From assembly GCA_964252035.1 (NCBI GenBank), contig OZ176202.1: DNA of 64,000 nt. One strand, 5' to 3'. Source of the stretch: Podarcis erhardii (taxonomy: Eukaryota). The stretch's first letter is position 1. Each line of letters starts with the position of its first letter. Shown here in pieces: positions 24,326-36,686 of the stretch. A program made the translations under genes and the position numbers. The notes under the pieces are model-generated. The model was not told the origin of the DNA, did not search any database, and saw only the letters and a list, made by a program, of their open reading frames with translations.

Positions 24326-27300
24326 CCATAATAAATATTAAATCTTCATCATTGAGTTTTATGGATGCAGCAGATCCCAACACAGCATATTCCTTGTTGA
24401 TACAATTATCCTATATTTGTTGTAGACCTGGGAAATGAAAATGAGTTTAATGATTCCTTAGCACCTTTCCTCAAGCACTTTTGGTTTTCTTTGCAGCTGC
24501 CAAGTCAGTGTTACAAACTTGTGTCTATAACCTGATGAGCTGTTCTGCTACAGGGATTTGGATGCAGGCTGTGTGTCTGAATTGTATGGACCCAAAATAA
24601 CCAACATATGAAGAACCTGCATATTTATTTTGTTTAAGTCACTGACAAATATCAGATCTGATGACAAGGTCATATATCTTTGTTTTCTGCCAGTATGAAA
24701 GCAGTCAGAATGGCTCTGTTGGTAGGGTGATTTTTTTTTTTAAAAAAAGTGTTACTTGAATTGTAGTTTTAAATTTTAAAATTATTGTTCTTTTATCTTT
24801 GTTTTCAAATCATGTATTACTTTTCTCATTATCTTCTGTTGTTTTTGACGGTGTGCCGCTTTGAACAGGCACTTGCCCAGAAAAACATACTATTTTTTTT
24901 TTTTAATAAATAAATTGGGAAGGCTAGTCATTTAATTAGATGGTAGAAAGTGGAAGGGAGCAATTAGCAAAGGATGCACTATTTGCACAGGTGTTAAATC
25001 TGTTCCCTCTCCCTGGTGATTCCACTTACTGAGAAGCAAGCCTGTCCCTGTCTTCATAGTCCACCCTAGCTTCTGTTTCACTGTAACTTTACAGAGTGAT
25101 GGATTTGCCCAAGACACACTGATTATTAAGTTGTTGGTTTATTTGCATCTTCCAATCAAAACTTGGAGTATGCTGTTTAGTTCATAATAAAAGTCTTTAT
25201 TCCAGCAAAAAGTTAACCAAATTATATATGGTAAGGTGGAATTTTGTATCCTGTTGTCATTGTAAACATCCAGTTATAGTAAGGGGCAGTTCCAGCAGAA
25301 GAAAACATAATTCTATGCTTTCGGAATGCTGAACCAGAGTAGTTCACAGTACCACTTTCACACTGAAGTGTCGACCAGGTTGTCTTAAACCCTATTTGTA
25401 TGATAATTTTGGATGTGGGAACCTCACCATGATTCAATTTTACTCATTGGGGTGGGGAATATGCAATTGATTTAGATATGTCTCCAAGCAATAAGATGTA
25501 ATATTTAGTAGGGTACAGGATATGTGATTCTGTGATTCACATAGTAAGTACTGGCTCTTACCACGTGAGGGTGCCTTCAAAGAGTACATTTAGCATGCAA
25601 AAAATAATAATTGAGAATACTACCTTATGGTGAGTTTACCCCATCTGAAAGTTACATGTGTTCTGGACTTGAATAAAAAATTGAGATAGCCATGCCATGT
25701 TCATTATACCCTGAGGCAGAATTCTTCAAATGCTGAGTAGAAGGTCACCTAGAAAGTTTAAGGTGTCACACATGGCTAGGTTTGGAAAGTTGCATTGCAA
25801 CAGTGCTGGTTGCTCTGAAAGCTCACAGCTGGTGTAAAATGCAGGCAATGTAGCATGCCATGGGGTTTATCTGGGCTGCACCAGTCATGAAAGTTGGGCT
25901 TCTGTCTATACTTATTCCATTATAATACTATTTCTGAAACTATTGTTTATTGGAACTGAAAGCAGAAAGAGGAAGTCAAGCATATAACATACACCATAAA
26001 GCTTTCATTTGAACACAGACTTTATAAATAATTGCCAGTGCTCTAAAAGAATAGTTCTGAGCTGCAATCTTAAATGTGTGGGATTTTGGTTGTTTTTTTT
26101 AAGAACACCATTGCACGTTCTTAGGGGAGGGAAGCTTTTTCAATATGATCTCCTTCAGGATAATTAAATGGAGGGGGAGTAACCATTTAAGCTTTCCTTA
26201 CATTTCTGACAAATAGCCTTCTCATTTGGTAAGTGGCAGCTTTTTGCATACCATTTATTTAAGCTTACAGCACTTAAGTGATCCTTCTGACATAGTCATC
26301 CAGGTTTAGGAATTGGAGACCATGTAATTTTATGCTTCAGCTCCAGCAAATGTGATAGTATGCTGATCTCCTTAATGGCAGCTTTCTAATAATGCAACAA
26401 TAGACATTATGCTTTTAGTTGGCAGACACCCACACAATGAGCCACCCACATGCTGCCAGAATCCAAAGCCCACAATAGTGTTCAGATTTACATTTTGAGA
26501 GCTGTAAACTTATTAAAGCTTTTTACTACCAGTATGGAAAGGGGGTTTCTCCTCAAAGTTTTCCCCCCTCTCTGCTTCAGAATTGTACATTCATGTCACA
26601 TCACTTACTGCCAAGCCTGAGCAGAATACAGTAATAACTTGGAATCGAAATGTAAATTCAGTATATAAAATCCAAAAAAAGTAAAACCAAAGGTTTGGCC
26701 CTTTTTTAAATGCATGCATCACAAAAGTAGTGCACTTATTCCATTGCATTTTAGTTCTTTATAGTTATCATTGTACTATAGAATTTAACATTCCAGAAAA
26801 GAATCATAACCCATATTTAATTCTAGAAAAGAGTAAGGCAGGATACACCTATGGAACAGTGCTGAACTGAAATGCTCCTATTTCACCACTCAAATTGCAT
26901 GTGACAAAATAGCATTTTGGCTATTGTGTGTGGGGAGTGCAGATCTCAAGGGTGGGGACTTGAAATGTAACAATGCTCATTCTAGTTCCTCAGTGATGTG
27001 GAATGCCCTTTTTGATTCCCCACAGTGCCATCAAAACAATAATACATCCCTATATTGTTCCCAGAATGACATGTCTTTTGGGAGGACATTTCCCTGTCCC
27101 AAGAAAGCCCCTTGGAATGTGGCCAAGTCATGTGAGTGAGTTTTGTGCTCCCTCAAAATTCATCTCTACTCCCTCTTTCATCATGACTCCATCTTCCACA
27201 CACACACACAAAAAAATAAAAAAATAAAAAAATGGGACCAAATTTCCCAAAGTTCCAATGTTTGTTCCAGCTCTAATTTATATTTAACTAATTACAGTTT

Positions 27301-29811
27301 GCAACCCACCTGAATCTGTAAGTCTCCACTGCACTTTGGCTGAGCTTATGGGATCTTAACAGCCAAGGTACCAAGCGCAAAATGAAAGCAATGGAATGAT
27401 CACATCCAGTACAGCTTCTAAAAAGAAATGAAAGGTCTGTTCCACTGGCCAAAAAAACACTCCAACAAATCTTAGGACTGGAGTCTCTGAATGGCCAAGC
27501 AAGAAAATTAAAGTCTGGGAAGCCAACTGGGGAAATGGTAGTTACAGGCAGAGAAATCTGTGAACTAAGGTATAGGAACTAAGGAAAGGATAGGGGGAGC
27601 ATATAGTGACTTGAATAAAAGAAGTGGGTAGGCCCAGCACCAATGGTTAACAGAGTCAGGTCGACAGACTAGTAAAAGGGTCCACTGTTGGCCAGAAATT
27701 CTGGGGGTGAATCCCATCTACTGACAATGGACTGAGGATATCAGAAAGTCACATTTCACATTGCACAGTCGGTGGGCATTTGTTCTTTCATGAAATGGAA
27801 GAGCATGCCAGAGATCTCTCTGGTGAATAAGAGGCTGTGAGCAATCTCCCATTTCTGGTATGCAAGAGTTGGACTCCAGTACCTTCATTATTGCAGGATG
27901 CCATTTTGCATTTGGTGATAAAGGATCCTTGATGATGTAGGGTGATGGTGTGATGTCCCATTTCCCAGTAGGACAGGTGCCAGTACATGTTAGGGAAAGA
28001 GAGCGTGACTCTTTCGTGCTCCTAGAAACGGCTTATCAGCCATCTTTGCAATCAAGCAGTATATAAATAAATAAGAATAAATAAAAGAAAGGCCAAAGTA
28101 CTGAACGTCTTGAACTACTTTAACAAATTTGGTGGCATTTAGGGTTGCAGGTACTGCATTTTGGAATATTTGAGAATTGGATTTAAAACCAAAAACAAAA
28201 AAATCTGTTTTTCATAATTAAAACTACAGTAACTGCCAAAAGACAGATGTTGCAAATCTGTTATATTTTTAAAAAATTAACATAAGCTTCCATTCAAACA
28301 ACTGCAAGAAGGTCCAAGGGGATTTCCTAAATTTAAAAATTGCATTACTGTCTCAGATCCTAGGGAAAAATAAAAAATACCGTACTGGCTCATGATGGGA
28401 ATACAGATTCTTAAAATTAGTATTTTGTGCTCTGTTAACTTTTTAAAAGGGCTTAAAAGTTCTGCAATTGCAGCTGCCATTACCATTTTCATTTTAATTA
28501 GTTGCAATACTTCAGTTGAATCTGTATGTGGACTAATTATGTCTGCTACTTCTTTAAAAGCATCCCAGGGCTTTTCAGCAACAACAGATCCATTGAATGT
28601 CCTGTCATTCAGGTTACAGCCTCGTTGTTCCCTTAAGCCATAATACTTTTAATAGCAGAGATATGCATATCTCTGAAACACTATGCAGAAATCTATTAAA
28701 GTGAATTATATTCGTTCCAAGTGGGGGGAAAGAGGGCTATGGGAATAAAGAGCACTGAAAATGTAAGTCCGTCAGCAGAAAAGAGTGGGAAACATACGAT
28801 GCTGCCTGGATAAACAGTATAAAATCCTTGTCAAGATTCATGAGAGTGGCACCCAGGGGATCTATTATGCCTGAAGAGACCTTTCATTTAGTCTGGTGAC
28901 TGTCCAGAGAAAAGTTAAGAATCTGTTCAAGTGGCTCAAGTAGATACTAAATTCAAATGTTGGCGTTCAGTGCCCTACTTGAGAAGTTAATTCAAACAAT
29001 GCTTACTTTAAACAATTGCCGCATTATTTCGAATGGTTTCAAGCAATAGTATCCCTTTCAATCAAGTATCTCAGTCACACTATTAGTCTATTTTCTGAGT
29101 CTACTTCTGGGACTTCATTAGCAGCTAATCATATAGGAAAAAACACAAAATGGCTGCAAATCATGTTTCCCCACTGTAGGGAGCAGGACACAGAGGTGTC
29201 CCCACTGCCCCATCGCCCGATGACCCAATTCAGTTGTTGTAAAATGTGTGACAGGTGATTTGGAAACAAAAAAACCCCAAGCCCTGAACAACATTTGAAC
29301 ACTATGCATGTATACTCCAAAGCACTGCAAGGCTCTTGATTCTTGCATTTTTTCACTCAGACACATCAGGCAGCGTTCAACTAAAAACAATGTGCGAAAA
29401 AATTGACTTCAGTTAGTGCAACAGGGCATGCTCCCCTGTCACCTCCCTCCATGTATACTGTGCATATTCATGTCCCTAAATCTGCTCTGGAAGTTTGTGG
29501 GGGGGGGGAGAGAGAACAATTTTGGGACATGGCCTGGAGGTAGAGGAGAGTGTGGGAAGTCCTGTTGTACAGTGGAAGTAATTGCATGCTCACAAAGCAC
29601 TATGCTGAATACAATCTATCATGTGTGTCCTTTTTTACTTGGATCCCTTTGTGCCAAGTTGTGGTGGAAAGAGACGAGTCCGGCCCATCTGATCCTTCTG
29701 CTCACCTGTTCCTTCCAGCATTATGAATGAATGAGAGATCTGCATGACTTCCTAGACTGGACAATGCTTCGCCTTTCCCTGCCTGCGCACAATTCCAAGA
29801 TGGTCATATGA

Positions 29812-29967
29812 AAGAGTGCATGTGGTGCAGTGTTTCTGGCTGTTAACCAGAGGGTTGGTGGTTCGAGCCCACCCAGGGATGGCTGTGGGCAGCATACCTG
29901 CATTGCATGAGTTTGGACTAGATGACTCTTGGAGTCTCTTCCAACTCTACAATTCTATGGTTCTATG
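29812..29967 (+). mobile_element. tRNA-derived SINE with CR1-type tail (Squam3-like)
   Basis: Box A-like TGGTGCAGTG and box B GGTTCGAGCCC, then TTGGACTAGATGAC...TTCCAACTCTACAATTCTATGGTTCTATG. Confidence 0.75.
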
Positions 29968-29978
29968 TGACAATAATA

Positions 29979-30331
29979 GGGATGCGGGTGGTGCTGTGGG
30001 TTAAACCACAGAGCCTAGGACTTGCTGATCAGAAGGTCGGTGGTTCGAATCCCCATGACGGGGTGAGCTCCCGTTGCTCGGTTCCTGCTCCTGCCAACCT
30101 AGCAGTTTGAAAGCACGTCAAAGTGCAAGTAGATAAATAGGTACCGCTCCGGTGGGAAGGTAAATGGCGTTTCGGTGCGCTGCTCTGGTTTGCCAGAAGC
30201 CGCTTAGTCATGCTGGCCACATGACCCGGAAGCTGTAGGCCAGCTCCCTCGGCCAATAAAGCGAGATGAGCGCTGCAATCCCAGAGTCGGCCACGACTGG
30301 ACCTAATGGTCAGGGGTCCCTTTACCTTTAC
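29979..30331 (+). mobile_element. Full-length Sauria SINE (Squam1-type), 353 bp
   Basis: tRNA-like head (GGTGCTGTGGG, GGTTCGAATCC) and ACCTTT-repeat tail. Perfect 16-bp TSD CTATGTGACAATAATA at 29963-29978 and 30332-30347. Confidence 0.92.
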
Positions 30332-31248
30332 CTATGTGACAATAATAAAATTAAAAACACTGGGTGGGGAATGGGAAATTTTGGTGTGGGAGCTATGTAC
30401 ACTGCTTAGAAATGCAGATAATTAAGTGGTATAGAAATCCTAAATAATGGATTTAGAAAGGATTCATCAGATGGGTATTGGGCTTCTACAAGTTGAAGCA
30501 AAGATCCCAGAGTGCTTTATACATCAGTGATACAGACGTCAAGAAACAAAAAGATGGGGACAACTGTATGTTAAAAGCAATGCTATGTATCTAAGAATAA
30601 ACCGTAAAGGGCAGGATGTGGGCAGAGAGGTAGCTTTTTCATCTCTAGTTCAAGGGAAAACCCTAGGATCATGAGGGGTAGGGGCGTCCTTGACTACTAA
30701 CACGTCTAGGTTGTAATCAAAGAGAATAAAGATTTCCACTGCTCACCATCCCTAGCGCTTTGGGATGTTACTTCTCTAAGCTTAAGACAGATGTCAGGTT
30801 AGGGAGGGCAGAAATTGCTGGGACAGCTCCATTGTAACAGTTAGGTCAAGCTTGTAAATACCCAGCACAAAGGCCTCTAGATCTGCAGCCATCTGCAGGT
30901 TTTCTTTCTCTCATGTATGCTATTTTTATACTATTTGACTGTAAAACATTAATAGAGATTAGTGAATCCTCTTTTAACCAACCTCCCAAAAAACCTGTAA
31001 AGGCTGCCCTTGCAGAAAAAAATTACTGCAGCTATCATTCTGAAATTTGCAGAATTTGTTACCTCAAGAGGGTGACCTTGCTTGCAAATTCATCCTATTC
31101 AGCACATTTTAAAGAAATCTAAATTTAAGGGCATATATGGCAAAAGCCTCTATACTTATTTGCTTGTAATATAGCAGGCTGTATCCACAATGTAGGGATT
31201 GGAGGCAAATTTTATCCACTTATATCAAAAGCAAAAAAGTTACAGCCA

Positions 31249-31249
<1 letters not shown>

Positions 31250-31294
<45 letters not shown>
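31250..31294. repeat. (ATT)15 microsatellite
   Basis: Directly visible. Confidence 0.95.
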
Positions 31295-31924
31295 TCCCTA
31301 TAACTAATGGGAGGAGGGGAAATGAAGTGGACTCAGACAATGAGTCACATTGGACAGCCCATGACATACATTGAACCAAGTTGAATGCTGAATCTGGATC
31401 TGAACTGAATTCTGTGATCAATGCACACTCCTCATACACGCGCAATAAACTAGCGGTGGGTGATCCATGGCCCTCCAGCTGTTATTGGAATTCAGTTCGC
31501 ATCAACCATCAGTAAGGATGGGGAGGGCAGTCCACCAACTTCTGGACGGCCACATGTTAACCATCCCAGATTCTGTTTGTAGTCTAGTGAGCTGCATTGG
31601 TATTCCACCTGTCAAATACATCTAATGACTTGTGCATGAGCTGCTTTATGGCTCAAAATACCATCCTCGGTTAATAAAATAGAGTGTTCTGAGACAGTTT
31701 GTCCTTTTGGATTGCCTCATTAAGTTCTCAGGGGTTTTTTTTTTGTCAGTTTATTAAGAAATATCTGTCTATTCTCTGCTTAGACTCTTCTAATTAATTC
31801 CGATCTTTACTGCAAAACCAATGACATTGATATGCCATATCACTGGGCAGCTGTCAAAATGAAATGCCTGTTGTGCAGTGTGGTGTTAATATCATCTAAT
31901 GGCTACACATGACGGTGCTCTTAC

Positions 31925-32014
31925 CTGTAATTTTTCTGAGAATGTTTGCCATTTGGGTATCTTTTGGCATCGTTTCAAGGAGCTTGCATTATGCCGTACT
32001 GCTCAAATGCTGAA
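31925..32014 (-). other. Candidate 90-nt exon (start-codon exon or poison exon of an unidentified gene)
   Basis: Minus-strand acceptor CTTCTTCAATTTCAG| and donor CAG|GTAAGA. All three through-frames contain stops, but an internal ATG at 31970 reads MPKDTQMANILRKIT open to the donor in phase 1. Confidence 0.3.
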
Positions 32015-32632
32015 CTGAAATTGAAGAAGTCTAATAGACACTGACGGGATGCCTGCTCTGTGGGTAATGACCTTATTGACTGAGGAAGAATGCAGAACAG
32101 AAGATAGAAAGGCACTGCCCCTTTGGGAATGCTAAGGTTGCTGAAAGAGAATAAAGGCTACTTGTGTGTAACTGATATTTATGAAGTTAAGTGACTTCTT
32201 ACCCATGAGTTTCAGTTTAAGATGCTTATTCCCTTTGATCTTGTCTTATAATTCATTCAACTACTTTTTTCTGTACTCCTTTTTGCCTAGCTTGAGAACA
32301 TTTGATATGAATGACAAATTAGGAAAAAAATATGCTGCGTAGGTGAGAAATATTCTATGTAAAGGGGGAGTATTGCAAGAACCATGGGAGGTTTGTGGAG
32401 TTTCTTGTTTTGTTTTGTTTTGTTTTTCCTAGAAGGAAAAGTAAGGAATTCATGAAAGTACAATTTGACACATACTTGCACTACGGACAGAGGTGTAAAA
32501 CAATAGCCCTTGGGGAAATGTACTGTTGAGTTCATAGTACAGTGGTAACTAGAAATCTTTTTTGATTGACATATGTTACGTTTGCAGTTAAATCGTGTGC
32601 AAAATGTTCTGATGCTTTCGTGATGAGCAAAA

Positions 32633-32646
32633 GCAGCAGATGGCAG
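32633..32646 (+). promoter_or_regulatory. Candidate CTCF core site
   Basis: GCAGCAGATGGCAG matches CCASYAGRKGGCRS at 13/14 positions. Confidence 0.3.
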
Positions 32647-35600
32647 TGAGTCGATTTTCTTGAATTCAAGCTATTTTGTGTCAGTTATTTATTATATAAA
32701 TAATTCATATATGCTAGTTTTCTTTTTGTTACTGAGGTTAACGTCACAAAAACAGATATATAGTGGGGTGGGGCTTGCTTGAAAGACTATTTTTGTATGT
32801 CTCAGCTTTGTTATCGCTGTACTTATTAGTACAGCAATATTAACAAAAATATGGGTAAATCTGATAAAATCCTGGAGTGCAGCTGTCAGTCGGTATAGAC
32901 AATACTTCGCTAGATTGACGAATGTCTGATTCAGTATAAGGCAACTTTGGTGCCCCCTCACTTTCTATACTTTCTGCAGATTACGCCCCCTTATTTCTGT
33001 GAAAATCTCATTACCTTTATGAAAGAATAAAATGGAAGGGAGGGTTGCCCAGCAAGCACTCTTCTTATAGTAGTGATCTTCTTTATTTAACCTTTTTTGT
33101 AAGTGGTAGGTTCATTTCCTTCTTTTGTACTTGGTGGCTGGAAAAAATCACTAACTACACAAATGCTTTGGGATACTGTCAGTTTCTTTATTTGTCTGTG
33201 GATCTGTGATGCCCTGGCTGTCAACTTTGCTTCCATTCATATGGAGGTAAACACAAAAATGTATGTTGCATGGTTCCACTTCATTCCTGGAGAAATTGTA
33301 ATCAGTTTCTAAAATATTTTTGAAGAGCTGGGTCACCGGTTCAGTCAAAGAAAATGACTACGTAGCTAACTGAATTTAGAGTGGGGTGCTCACACTCAGC
33401 CATCTCAATCCTATCGCTGCCAGCAGAGGGTTATTGCTCCACTAACCAAAGCTGGCTGGAAGCAGCTTGTATTTAATCAGTGCACCACCTATGATGCACT
33501 GTGAGAACTCTCTGTTGAGTAAGCTGCTGCTGTTATAGTTGTTGCTGTTTTTATTGGACTTTTCAGTTTCCTTGATCTTTTATAACATGGTTTACAAATT
33601 ATTTTAACTCTCATAATATCATAACGCAACAACAATAAATAATAAAACAACACAACTAAAAGTGTTGTTCTATAAAGGTAATCTTCCTGAATTAAAATGT
33701 TTTTAAAGCACATTTAAAGGTGCAAAGGAAATGGATTTCCCTAAGGAGGGAATTTTGCAATCTAGTGCCATTGCAGAAATGACCGAACCTTTGGCAGTCA
33801 CCAAAGTCATCCAATTTAAGGTCAGTTTCTCAACTGTTGCTTGTTCTCCGGGTTCTCCACATTCCTTAGCTTACGGGGTTTCAGACCTCTTATGGCTTAG
33901 TGCCCAGTTGTGCGTCATTATGATGGATGCTGACAGTTGTCATATGTGCATACCCTCCCAGGAGAAGTGGCAAAGGAGGTGGCAGAGAAAGAGGGGGTGG
34001 CCTTAGTCAGCAACTCTCTCTTTCCTCCATTTCCCCCATTATGAAGCCATTCCCAGATAACGTACCTCAACAACAATGGGAAATTGGAATTCTGCATGAT
34101 GGCTTAAGGATTTGGGGGGCAGTTGAGACTATGTATGAAGCACCCCTGTGAGATTCTGCAGGGATGTGAGAGGTATAGGTGTTATTGACACACATTAATC
34201 CTTCTTCTGTTATATGCAGTGTGGTCTGCACAAATTTGTTCTCACACTCTTCAGTATTTTCCTATCTGCACAACATTTATATTTATATAAATGTCTTATA
34301 TGTCTTACTGGAGAATTGTGCACACTCAAAATATGAATTCACAAAGTTATATGTAATACTTGTGTCAAGCCTTTCCTCCTAAGGTTTACCTGAAGTATAC
34401 CTGCAAATATTCAGGAGAACTTTAGCTTTCTGTTTACAGAAAGCAAAACAAACTGAAATAAACAGCAGATGGACAATATTTTTACGGAAATGGCTTTGAG
34501 TAAAATATTACAATTTGCTCTGCTGTGGACAAAGCCACAACCTTATCTGTCAAGGGAGCTCTATAGGGGTTTTTTAAAGCTAAAGAATTATTATATAAGG
34601 GTGAGAATGTAATCAACTTCAAGGGCTGTGTGCATTTAACTACATGATGAGTTAATAATTTGGAAAAAAGATACACAATTTCAAAAAAAGAATTTGTAGT
34701 TAAAATACTAGAGATATAGTTTTGGTAGGGTTTTTTATAATAATAATAGCCTATGCACTTTATTTGTTTACTGCCATCCTTTTACTGATACTGATGAGAG
34801 AAAAGCATAAATATTCACATCTATCTGAAAACTGTATAGTTGTCAACTTTCATTGTTTTCTGTAGAGCATAACATGTCTCCAATCTGAAAGCTAAAGATA
34901 ATACAGCCTAGACTTTAATTTAGGATACATTTCAGTGGAAAGATAGATTAGGCAGCATGAACAAATTAATTATTGGCAGTCTCTCCTCATCTTTTAATGT
35001 TGCCAAACACTTGCTATGAAGCATGTAAGAATGTAGGAATTTAGCTACTCATGATACTTTTTAAATAGCACAATCAAATTACCAATTTATTACAAGTAAT
35101 TGAAGCCTTTATGGGTGATCCAAAGAGCACAAATTGCACAATATGCAGAACTAAAAAAAACCCCACTGATACTTTAATTATAAAAAAATGTTACAAAGAA
35201 TTGCTACTGTAAAAAACTGTTTATGTCATGCTGGTGTGAATACAGCCAATTCATAAGATGTGGTTCAGAAATTTAACTTCCCTGTTTTTGTTATCTGTTC
35301 TATTTTCTTTAGTGGTTTTCCAGCACCTTTGCAGGGCTGGGTTTTCCTAGCTGTCAAGAAACGTCAGTGTAAAATGTGTGGATAATGTCATTATACAGTT
35401 GACTCATTAGGTAGCAATGGACATCATTGTATCTCAGAGTCAAGAGTTTCCTAGGTCTCTTCTATATGTGTTTAAGAGAGAAGATAAAGTTCTTCTCTAG
35501 TTTCTTCACTGATGGGTTCTCTGTGGGATAACCAGCCTCCTATAACCAACATGCTTAAGTTTAATTGATCCATTAAGGGGTTACTGCTGTAGAGTAAGCT

Positions 35601-36448
35601 GTCCTGCCAGGCTTTGCTAGGTCACTCCCCCTTACCTTGGGAGGAAGGAAATCAAGCCTATTGTACCTCAATCTACCTGAGAAGCTCAATGTGTGAGCTG
35701 GTTTCTCCAAGCTCACATGTATCTAATAAGCCTTTCTTGAGTTCTTATGCCAATAATTTAGGAACGTTCACCTCTGTAACTAAGTCAAGCTTTACTGCCT
35801 GTGCTTTCTGACTGTTGTATGGCAAAGCACAGGAACCTGACCTTTAGAGAGTTTGTAAGAGTAAACCAATTTTAAACTTGCCAAACGTGTAGTATTTTCT
35901 TCGCTCCACATGTCCTTGTGACATGTGGAGAGAGGTTTTCACTGCCTTGCTGCTTCTCCTACTTTCTGCCAAAGCTGAAAGGTAAGGGAGAGAAATTACT
36001 ACAGGATGGAACTTTATCAAAAGCTAATTTTCCAGTAGATTTAAATAATACCTTTTTTAGGAGTCTCCCTTAAATGGCTTGCCTAATTTCACTACACACA
36101 AGGAGGGCAGGTAATTTTTAGTGCAACCGTGGATCCAACCGAGGGCTTGGCTCATACCTCACTGCTTCATTCCACCATAATGAACTAACTACAATGTAGC
36201 TTCAGTAAGCATTAAGGGAACTTAAATTTCTCACAAGAATTTTTTTCTGATAATTTTCTATTTAAACTGTTGGATATATTTGCCTCGCCCCCCACCAGAA
36301 TAATATTTGGCAGAATTCATTCATATCCACATTCTGCCACCAGCAAATTGGTTCGCCAATCTGGGGGGTCATTTTCACTCAGCTCTAGAAACTATTCCTT
36401 AATTCGCCTAAGTGCAGAGAGCATAGTGAAAAGGAGACATCTTCTTTG

Positions 36449-36686
36449 CACTGACGGAGGAAGAGGAGTGTGGGGGGAGCACACCGCCCCCAGCAGCACA
36501 ATCCCGGCAGGGTGCCATCATGGCTGCCCCCTGCCCATGCTGGGTGCCACACCCCACTGGGGGTGACCACGCCCCCAGGATACACACCACACCCCTGCGG
36601 GTGGTATGCCCCACCCCAAGACATGCGCCAGCCCCGCCCTGCCTGCTCTCCACCCCCCAGTGCCAGAGCATGAAGCTCCGCCACTG
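36449..36686. mobile_element. GC-rich hAT MITE (238 bp)
   Basis: Perfect 8-bp TSD CTTCTTTG at 36441-36448 and 36687-36694. Imperfect TIRs CACTGACGGAG / CTCCGCCACTG (9/11). Confidence 0.8.

Noticed and set aside
24030-24383. ORFs with poly-Ile or poly-Leu tracts (also 44959-45209 and 40393-40770)
   Set aside because: They are translations of (AAT)n microsatellites.
25222-25437. 71-aa ORF with protein-like composition
   Set aside because: No recognisable family and no consistent splice sites bounding an open frame.
29979-30055. tRNA-like sequence (box A/box B), also at 63680
   Set aside because: It is the head of a Sauria SINE, continuing into the SINE body and tail with a TSD, and has no complete cloverleaf.
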